This document shows, piece by piece, positions 9,192-15,473 of a stretch of DNA of 45,252 nt. The stretch covers positions 1-45,252 of IMG/VR virus record IMGVR_UViG_3300032373_000028; one strand, 5' to 3'. The translations under genes were made by a program, and so were the position numbers. Within the stretch, counting starts at the first letter, position 1. Every line of letters begins with the position of its first letter. Origin of the DNA: a virus (lineage: Duplodnaviria; Caudoviricetes). Below the pieces are notes generated by a model that saw nothing but the letters and a program-made list of their open reading frames with translations, had not been told where the DNA came from and made no database searches.

Positions 9192-10896
9192 CAAACCCGT
9201 CGTGCCTGAAGGCATCGACCCCCAGTTCGCAGACTTCCGGAACTTCCTCTACTACCTCTGGACAGGCTACCTCCAGCTCCCTGAGCCCACCCCTGTCCAG
9301 CTCGACGCCGGCCTCTACCTCCAGCACGGCCCTAAGCGCCTCATCATTGAGATGTTCCGGGGGGCAGGTAAGACCTGGATCACCGCAGGCTTCGTCGCCT
9401 GGACGCTGCTCCTGGACCCTCAGAAGAAGATCCTGGTGGTGTCGGCTACGGCCTCTCACGCAGAGAACATCACCAAGTTCATCCTGCAGCTCATCAGTGA
9501 CGAGCCCTGCCTCGCTCACCTGAGACCCAAGGAAGGCCAGCGATCCTCGGTCCTCAAGTTCGACGTCGGTCCCTCCGACGCAGACGTGGCTCCCAGTGTC
9601 CGCGCTGCCGGCATCAACGGCACCATCACGGGTGGACGGGCTGACCTCATCGTCGGTGATGACATCGAGGTGTCGACCAACTCAGCGACACAGGTCATGC
9701 GTGACAAGAACGCTGAGGCCGTCAAAGAGTTCGACGCCATCCTCAAGCCCACGCCTGACTCTCGAGTCATCTTCCTGGGCACACCGCACACCGAGAACTC
9801 CATCTACAACGTCCTCGGGGACCGGGGCTACGACACTCGGATCTGGCCTGTCCGGTATCCCGTCCCTGAGAAGATGGAAGCCTATGGCACCAAGCTGGCT
9901 CCCATGATCCGCCTGGCGCTGCTCAACGATCCTGAGCTGCCTGGGACCCCCACAGAGCCCTCCCGCTTCGGTGAACTGGACCTGCTCGAGCGTGAAGCCT
10001 CCTTCGGGCGCTCTGGCTTCGCCATGCAGTACCAGCTGGACACTGCTCTCTCTGACGCCCAACGCTACCCCCTCAAGGTGCAGGACCTGGTCGTCATGTC
10101 CTGTAACCCTGAGTCGGGGCCTGAGAAGATTGTCTGGTGTGCTGCCCAGGAGAAGGAAGCCAAGGACCTCCCCAACGTAGCCATGCTGGGAGATCGCTTC
10201 TACCAGCCCATGCAGACCCAGGGTGACTGGCTCCCCTACCAGTCCATCGTCATGGCTGTCGACCCCTCAGGTCGAGGTACTGATGAGACAACCTACTGCA
10301 TCTTGGGAGCCCTAAACTCCCAACTCTTCCTCCTGGACATGGGAGGCTTCTTCGGGGGCTACACAGACAAGACTCTGGAAGCTCTCGCCAAGAAAGCGTC
10401 TCAATACAAAGCGAACCGCCTCCTCATTGAATCCAACTTCGGTGATGGCATGTTCAGCAAGCTCCTGATGCCCTTCCTCCGTCGTCACAGACCTGTAACC
10501 ATTGAGGAGATCCGTCACTCCACCATGAAGGAGCAGCGGATCATCGACACCCTCGAGCCCGTGATGAACCAGCACCGGCTCATCGTCGATCCTGAGGTCA
10601 TCAAGAAGGACTACCGCTCCCTCGACCACCTCCCCGTCGAAGAGGCCAAGAACTACCAGCTCATCTACCAGATGACCCGGATCACTCGGGAAAAGGGCGC
10701 CCTACGTCACGATGACCGCCTGGACTGCCTGGCGATGGCTGTGGCCCACTACACCGAGGGTATGGCTCGGGACGCTGAGGAGGAGATGTTCGCCCACCGG
10801 GACAGGGAGCTGGAGAAGGAACTCATGCGCCTCGAGGGCTGGGACATGGCTGACCAGGACAACTGGAACTCCAGCTACGAGTTCAACGGGTACTAG
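9184..10896 (+). CDS. terL: Terminase large subunit (T7 gp19-like)
   Basis: Walker A FRGAGKTW, Walker B LIVGDD, nuclease motifs AVDPSGRG and HDDRLD. Confidence 0.97.
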   Translation: MANKPVVPEGIDPQFADFRNFLYYLWTGYLQLPEPTPVQLDAGLYLQHGPKRLIIEMFRGAGKTWITAGFVAWTLLLDPQKKILVVSATASHAENITKFILQLISDEPCLAHLRPKEGQRSSVLKFDVGPSDADVAPSVRAAGINGTITGGRADLIVGDDIEVSTNSATQVMRDKNAEAVKEFDAILKPTPDSRVIFLGTPHTENSIYNVLGDRGYDTRIWPVRYPVPEKMEAYGTKLAPMIRLALLNDPELPGTPTEPSRFGELDLLEREASFGRSGFAMQYQLDTALSDAQRYPLKVQDLVVMSCNPESGPEKIVWCAAQEKEAKDLPNVAMLGDRFYQPMQTQGDWLPYQSIVMAVDPSGRGTDETTYCILGALNSQLFLLDMGGFFGGYTDKTLEALAKKASQYKANRLLIESNFGDGMFSKLLMPFLRRHRPVTIEEIRHSTMKEQRIIDTLEPVMNQHRLIVDPEVIKKDYRSLDHLPVEEAKNYQLIYQMTRITREKGALRHDDRLDCLAMAVAHYTEGMARDAEEEMFAHRDRELEKELMRLEGWDMADQDNWNSSYEFNGY

Positions 10897-11202
10897 GGGT
10901 ATTCCCCTAGAGAGGGGCAGGCTCCTGTAAGGCTCTGTGCGGCCTCAGGGGCTCCAGATGACTCTGAGTAGCTGGAAAGACTCAACGTGGCTCACAGGAG
11001 CTTACAGGGGCCTCTGAGGGGAAGCTGGGGGTGAGTGGTGGTCGGTGCCCGGCATGGCGGGGGCTATAAGGCTAACGTGGTCCTGCCCGCCTTCGGCGGG
11101 GCGACACCACAATCCATTCAGGCCCTCTGGTTCGACATCACCAAACCTATCTAGCCCTAGGGTATTCCCCTATAGAAAGTTCCTCTGGTTGGGGGTATTC
11201 CC
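10893..11202. repeat. Three copies of the quasi-palindrome GGGTATTCCC (10897, 11160, 11193)
   Basis: Read directly. The first copy extends to the inverted repeat CTAGGGG-TATT-CCCCTAG (10893-10910). Confidence 0.85.
10919..11013 (+). ncRNA. Candidate structured element: long stem enclosing a possible pseudoknot
   Basis: 10919-10931 pairs with 11001-11013 (13 bp, one G-U). Inner crossing pairings are tccag/ctgga and tgagt/actca. Confidence 0.45.
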
Positions 11203-11203
11203 T

Positions 11204-11220
11204 ACCCCAGGTACTATAGG
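11204..11220 (+). promoter_or_regulatory. Candidate phage RNA polymerase promoter ACCCCAGGTACTATA|GG (phiOR-like position)
   Basis: An identical 15-mer occurs at 29256. It ends in ACTATA followed by a purine, like T7/SP6 promoters. Both copies are intergenic. Confidence 0.7.
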
Positions 11221-11260
11221 AAGATTGGAAGACCTATCTAAGTAGATCCTGAGAACTCCC

Positions 11261-11345
11261 GAAGGGAAGGACAGGAGGAAAGGATGAGGGAAGGATCAGG
11301 ATGGGATAGGGAGGGATAGACTAGGGGAAGGATAGGATAAGGATG
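11261..11345 (+). repeat. Purine-rich GGA/AGGAT short-repeat tract (15 GGA in 85 nt)
   Basis: Counted GGA at 11265, 11269, 11274, 11277, 11282, 11289, 11293, 11299, 11304, 11310, 11314, 11326, 11330, 11335 and 11341. Confidence 0.85.
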
Positions 11346-11478
11346 ATCCGTGTAGAACTAGAGAGCTGACGTATGTCAAGAGCCTAGTGTTACGGAGTCT
11401 ATAGGAGGCAGCAGTTCCCACATCTGGGAAGCAGAAGGAGCACCAGCGTCATATGTCTCATTCCTAGACTACCTCCCC

Positions 11479-11805
11479 ATGCTCCCCACCACCATCATCA
11501 TCGGCCCTGCCGCCATTCCTGTCACCTACCTCCCCCTCGAGGAGCTGTACGGGAGTTCTACTGAGCATCCTAAGGCCATCGAGGTTAGCACTGAGGTCGA
11601 CGTCCCGACCCAGGCACAGACACTGCTGCATGAGGTGTTACACCATGTTAGCTGGATGTATGGGTTGGAGTGGGGGGAGAGGAAGGTGAGGTTGCTTGAG
11701 GTGATCCTGGTGGACCTGGTGCAGGAGAACCCAGGGCTGTTCAGGGAGCTGTTGACGAGGGCTAAGAGACCAGCTGCTGAAACAATTCAGGGGTCGCATA
11801 TCTGA
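11479..11805 (+). CDS. Small HExxH metallopeptidase-like protein
   Basis: QTLLHEVLHH motif followed by a downstream Glu (GERKV). This is a common small phage zincin-like family. Confidence 0.6.
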   Translation: MLPTTIIIGPAAIPVTYLPLEELYGSSTEHPKAIEVSTEVDVPTQAQTLLHEVLHHVSWMYGLEWGERKVRLLEVILVDLVQENPGLFRELLTRAKRPAAETIQGSHI

Positions 11806-11989
11806 GCCCCCTTCTTCAACGTAATCTCACTGTTTACCCCCCTGGGGGGCCCTCCCGGCCCCCATCGGCCCATCATACGTGGTCCGCCGAGCCTAACCCG
11901 TGCGCCTAGCGCGCCTTGCGACACCCTCAAGGGTGTGGGACCGTGGTCGAGCCGTCGCTAGGCAGGCTGTTCGGGATTGTATGCATACA

Positions 11990-12023
11990 CCATCTGGTGA
12001 CTCATTCTTGAGTTACTGGATGG
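11990..12023 (+). other. 15-bp hairpin (3 G-U pairs) in the early leader region
   Basis: ccatctggtgactca-ttct-tgagttactggatgg. The non-Watson-Crick pairs are all G-U on the + strand. Confidence 0.55.
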
Positions 12024-12208
12024 GGGTTTGGTAGTTGAGACTGGATCTCAATTAGGAATCGTGTGGCCCTAAGTCTTGTGGGTGGAGTGGGTTAGGAACA
12101 TCCTCCAAATGACCTCTTCGGAACCTAGCGAAACCCCGCTACTCTCATCGTGCCGGGGCCGATGGTGGTCCTGGCGACCTACTCACTACTCAAACTCAAG
12201 GCAAGACA

Positions 12209-12553
12209 ATGGATAACAGACAACCCAGTCCCCTAACCAAGAGCGAGGCCCAGGCCATACTGGTCGCGCATATAGCATTCGAGGCTGACGGCGCCATCCG
12301 AGCAGACGAGTGGCAGTCTGAAAACGGCTACCCGTGACCTGGACAAAGGCTTGCGCAGTTGCGCGACACGTCCGGGAGACTCGAAGACTACGATGCTAAT
12401 TACAAAGACGCCTGGGGCGATCACGTTTGTGGTGTGGACGTTTTAGCTGCCCTTCTAGGGTACGACGATAAAGGGGGCTCTGGGTACCTATTCGCAGAGG
12501 CCGCTGAGATCACCAGCAAGCTGGAAAACATTATCCAGGAGGCCACCAAATGA
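12209..12553 (+). pseudogene. Early ORF interrupted by a single in-frame TGA (12335-12337), or two small ORFs
   Basis: ATG 12209, preceded by AAGGCAAGAC, reads 42 codons to TGA. The same frame then continues open into the listed 12359..12553 ORF. Confidence 0.45.
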
Positions 12554-12918
12554 CCACCACCCCTACCAACACCGACAACATCATCGACTCTCGGGATATC
12601 ATCGAGAGGATCGAGGAGCTGGAGACCGAGCTAGAGGGTGGTCCTCTGGAAGACGACGATACTCCGGAGCTTGACGCCCTCAAGGCCCTAGCCTCCGAAG
12701 GCTCCGACCACTCCCCCGACTGGCCTCACGGCACAACCCTGATCCGTGACGCCTACTTTCAGGAGTACGCCCAGGATCTGGCCGAAGACTGCGGCATGAT
12801 CCCGCACGGTATCTCCTGGCCCATCACCTGTATCGACTGGGAACAGGCCGCTCGTGAACTCCAGTACGACTACACGCCCATCGACTTCGATGGTGTCACC
12901 TACTGGGTGGTGATGTGA
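12550..12918 (+). CDS. ArdA-like acidic anti-restriction (DNA-mimic) protein
   Basis: Very acidic. YAQDLAEDCG...CIDWEQAARELQYDY resembles the ArdA C-terminal domain. It occupies the early position used by T7 Ocr. Confidence 0.6.
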   Translation: MTTTPTNTDNIIDSRDIIERIEELETELEGGPLEDDDTPELDALKALASEGSDHSPDWPHGTTLIRDAYFQEYAQDLAEDCGMIPHGISWPITCIDWEQAARELQYDYTPIDFDGVTYWVVM

Positions 12919-13109
12919 TGCCGAAGTATCTAGTAACCCTATACGGACACGCTGTTGTCCGCCACTCCGTCGAGGTACTCGCCGAGAGTCCTGAAGCGGC
13001 AGAGTCTGTAGCTTTAGGAGACGATGAGCTAGGAGAGATCCTCGACGCTGACTACACCGTAGAAGAGACGTTAGACCTAGATTATGTTGAACGAGTGCGG
13101 GAGGTCTAA
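12915..13109 (+). CDS. Small acidic early protein, unknown function
   Basis: Start is coupled to the upstream stop and the composition is phage-like. Confidence 0.6.
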   Translation: MMPKYLVTLYGHAVVRHSVEVLAESPEAAESVALGDDELGEILDADYTVEETLDLDYVERVREV

Positions 13110-13204
13110 TGCTCTACCCCATCCTAACCCTCTGGGCTCTAGCCAACCTCGCTGCCTGCCTCTGGCTCATCGTGTCGGTAGCTAAGGAGTCGCTGGACGA
13201 ATAG
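13109..13204 (+). CDS. 31-aa membrane peptide (MLYPILTLWALANLAACLWLIVSVAKESLDE)
   Basis: TAATG coupling with GGAGGT upstream. Single hydrophobic helix. Below the ORF-track size cut-off. Confidence 0.55.
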   Translation: MLYPILTLWALANLAACLWLIVSVAKESLDE

Positions 13205-13232
13205 ACCAGTAGTGTCTCCATGAAATATAACC

Positions 13233-13265
13233 AGCCCTGCACTCGTCGTGAGTGTGGGGCTTCTT
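13233..13265 (+). terminator. 12-bp hairpin with short T tail (terminator or processing site)
   Basis: agccctgcactc-gtcgt-gagtgtggggct followed by tctt. Confidence 0.45.
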
Positions 13266-13316
13266 GGGTGGAGGGCTAGGTGGTCCTCCATTCAACAACT
13301 CGACATAAGGCAAGAC

Positions 13317-13538
13317 ATGGATCTAATCCAATCACAAGGCGCGGACTACCTCGCCAAGATGCGCGGCTTCTCCCGCATCGACCTGGGCACCGAAATGGCC
13401 CCCGAAGAGTTCATCACCTTCATTCAGGCAGCGGCCCTCCACTACGCCGATACCCTCGACCTCGACCCGCTCGCCCTTAGCCGCATGGCTGAGATGCACT
13501 ATCTCGAGGAGAGGCAGGGAGAAGGGGGTGCGTCTTGA
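13317..13538 (+). CDS. Hypothetical early protein (start revised to ATG 13317)
   Basis: ATG directly follows AAGGCAAGAC and is in frame with the listed 13248..13538 ORF. Confidence 0.65.
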   Translation: MDLIQSQGADYLAKMRGFSRIDLGTEMAPEEFITFIQAAALHYADTLDLDPLALSRMAEMHYLEERQGEGGAS

Positions 13539-13978
13539 GCGCCACGCACACGCCGGGGCCGTGGAAGGCTTACGAGGCGACTGAGGAGTGCCCGCTTCCG
13601 GCCGGGGCGTTCGTCGCTGTTGGAACGGAAGAGGGCGGAGGCTCCCGCACGTCAATCGTCTGCTCGATGAAGGCGCAGGGGAATGGCAAATACGAGCCCG
13701 AGGTGACAGCCGCCAACGCTCGTCTGATCGCCGCTGCGCCGCAGATGCTTGATGTACTAGAGTCGTGCCGAAATCTACTTGTGGGCGCGCTCGACTTCGA
13801 CCGTGACTCCCGCATGGTGCTCGTGTTGGATCGAACCATCGCCGCCGCCAAGGGCGAGGAGGTTGCTATAGCCGTGGAGGTCCTCGACGATTTCGGTGAG
13901 GAGGTGGTAGGACCCTGCGGCCTCTGCCAAGGCAAAGAGCACGACGATGATGACTGCCCGCACGGGGATTCCCAATGA
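13535..13978 (+). CDS. Phage protein of the HTPGPW...ANARLIAAAP type
   Basis: Both signature motifs are present. The C-terminus has CxxC...H...C. Confidence 0.75.
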   Translation: MSATHTPGPWKAYEATEECPLPAGAFVAVGTEEGGGSRTSIVCSMKAQGNGKYEPEVTAANARLIAAAPQMLDVLESCRNLLVGALDFDRDSRMVLVLDRTIAAAKGEEVAIAVEVLDDFGEEVVGPCGLCQGKEHDDDDCPHGDSQ

Positions 13979-14070
13979 CCTACCACTACATCCCCATCAC
14001 CCTCGCCACCTGCCTTGGCCTCTGGCTGTTCGTGCTAGACTACTGGTGGAGCAAGGGGGGGCCTCGATGA
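13975..14070 (+). CDS. 31-aa membrane peptide (MTYHYIPITLATCLGLWLFVLDYWWSKGGPR)
   Basis: ATGA overlaps at both ends and a hydrophobic core. Confidence 0.55.
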   Translation: MTYHYIPITLATCLGLWLFVLDYWWSKGGPR

Positions 14071-14285
14071 ATCTTATTCCTGCTGGCGTCTACACCATCT
14101 TCGCGCTTATAGACGATGGGTCTTGGACTCAACCTAACTTCACCGTCCCCTGCGACATGCTTGAGGAGCAGGTCATTAGCGAAATCAAGCGGAGGACGGG
14201 AGCCTTCATCACCTACGGCCTCGGACTGGACGAGTACGCCAAGGGGAACGACCTAAGCGAGTTCACCCTAGATCATCGCCGTTGA
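14067..14285 (+). CDS. Hypothetical protein (start revised to ATG 14067)
   Basis: ATGA-coupled start, in frame with the listed 13947..14285 ORF. Confidence 0.55.
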   Translation: MNLIPAGVYTIFALIDDGSWTQPNFTVPCDMLEEQVISEIKRRTGAFITYGLGLDEYAKGNDLSEFTLDHRR

Positions 14286-14330
14286 GCGTTGAGTTGTGAG
14301 AGGAGGGCAGGTGGAGACCTGCCAGCCATT

Positions 14331-14364
14331 GAGCCCTGGGGCCTTACCGCCCTGGGGCTCTTTC
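14331..14364 (+). terminator. Likely intrinsic terminator closing the early cluster
   Basis: gagccctggggc-cttacc-gccctggggctc followed by ttt. A second hairpin, ggcaggt-ggag-acctgcc, lies at 14306-14323. Confidence 0.55.
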
Positions 14365-14374
14365 CGTTCCCCTC

Positions 14375-14403
14375 TTGACTTCGCACACTTCCCGCCCTAG
14401 CTT
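14375..14403 (+). promoter_or_regulatory. Sigma70-type promoter for the integrase (TTGACT-N17-TAGCTT)
   Basis: Near-consensus hexamers with exact 17-nt spacing. The ATG lies 6 nt downstream of the -10 box. Confidence 0.65.
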
Positions 14404-14409
14404 GTGTGC

Positions 14410-15381
14410 ATGTCAATCTCAAGACGCGGAAACAGTTGGAGGGTGTCCCTCACCCACCAGGGCCAGCAGCATCGAACAACAGCCAAGAGCGAGACCGAGG
14501 CTAGGGCCTTAGAGCTGGAGGGGAAGGCTGCACTGCTGCGAGGGGAGACACCGTTCCCCCGGTCGATGAGGCAGGCTGGTCCTTCCTCTAGGAAGGTCTC
14601 CGACCTCTTCGACCTGTCCTACAACCGACGCTGGGCAGGCTCCAAGGGCGAGCGTACAGCCGTTCCCAACGCTGAGGCTGTACTCGAGCTGCTGGGCCTT
14701 TTCCACTCTGTCCGGGACCTCACCCAGGCTGACGTGAACCGGGTGTATGATGACCTCAGAGCTTCCGGCCTAGCCGGCGCTACGATCAACAGGAAGATGA
14801 GCTGTCTCCAGGCCATGCTGACCGATGCCTTCGAGGACGGGTGGATTGGTAGGAAGCTGAAGGTCAGGAGGGCTGAGGTGGCGGCTAAGAAGCGGAGGGA
14901 GGTGAGTGAGGAGGAGATAAGCGCTATCATCCTCGAGCTGACTCGGGATCATGGGCAGCTTGCTCGCTTTCTGGTAGAGACCGGCTGTCGTGTAGGGGAG
15001 GCCCTAGCCTTGGAGCGGTGTCCTCACTGGGTAGGAACCGTGACCATCGCTGACTCCAAGTCAGGCCGTAGCAGGGAGGTGCCTCTCACGGTAGCTGCGT
15101 CTAACGCGTACGGCACCACCAACTTCTCCCGCATCAGCCAGAGCGCCTTCAATCACGACTGGCGGCAAGCCCGTAAGGCAGCCGGACTGGGCCCTGAGGT
15201 AACCCCTCACGCTCTCCGCCACACCTGCGCCTCCCGCCTTGTCCGCGCTGGAGTTGACCTTGTAACCGTCCAGCGGTGGATGGGATGGTCTTCTCCAGCC
15301 ATGCTCAACGACTACGTCCACCTGATGCCTGACCAGACAGCGAAGGCAGTCCAGGCTCTGGAATCTTATTCCGAAAAGTAG
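14410..15381 (+). CDS. int: Tyrosine recombinase / integrase
   Basis: Catalytic residues: TGCRVGE (R), DSKSG (K), HALRH (HxxR), MGW (H/W position), DYVH (Y). The N-terminus has an arm-binding-like beta motif. Confidence 0.93.
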   Translation: MSISRRGNSWRVSLTHQGQQHRTTAKSETEARALELEGKAALLRGETPFPRSMRQAGPSSRKVSDLFDLSYNRRWAGSKGERTAVPNAEAVLELLGLFHSVRDLTQADVNRVYDDLRASGLAGATINRKMSCLQAMLTDAFEDGWIGRKLKVRRAEVAAKKRREVSEEEISAIILELTRDHGQLARFLVETGCRVGEALALERCPHWVGTVTIADSKSGRSREVPLTVAASNAYGTTNFSRISQSAFNHDWRQARKAAGLGPEVTPHALRHTCASRLVRAGVDLVTVQRWMGWSSPAMLNDYVHLMPDQTAKAVQALESYSEK

Positions 15382-15390
15382 GCCAGGAGG

Positions 15391-15419
15391 CTGGACTCTG
15401 CCCCGAAGAGTGTTAGAGT
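15391..15419 (+). promoter_or_regulatory. Candidate host promoter for the RNAP gene (extended -10 TGtTAGAGT)
   Basis: TG-n-TAGAGT at 15411-15419 with a CTGGAC/TGGACT -35-like hexamer upstream. Intergenic. Confidence 0.4.
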
Positions 15420-15473
15420 GAGGCTTGTTCGGCAAGGAACAGCGGAGACAACTATGGGCAAGGCAGGGGATCA

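Noticed and set aside
11046-11110. HDV-like ribozyme (cccggcatgg resembles the HDV 5' end)
   Set aside because: No complementary P1' strand or P3/P1.1 pattern downstream.
11031-11143. tRNA or tmRNA fragment (GGTTCGA, terminal CCA) as attP core
   Set aside because: No T-stem, anticodon arm or cloverleaf can be built. Kept only as a generic structured element.
11045-11245. 66-aa ORF in the terminal intergenic region
   Set aside because: It overlaps palindromes and the candidate promoter, has atypical codon usage and no clear SD.
10893-11345. Mini-CRISPR or guide-RNA array
   Set aside because: Repeats are 10 nt or shorter and irregularly spaced, with no uniform spacers and no cas-like or Nop-domain gene recognised.
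12109-12146. Early host promoter (ATGACC/GGAACC ... TACTCT)
   Set aside because: The hexamer spacing does not fit a clear sigma70 promoter and an ECF assignment cannot be supported by eye.
12335-12337. Genome-wide TGA recoding
   Set aside because: Conserved genes such as RNAP, DNA polymerase and exonuclease end at TGA at their expected C-termini.
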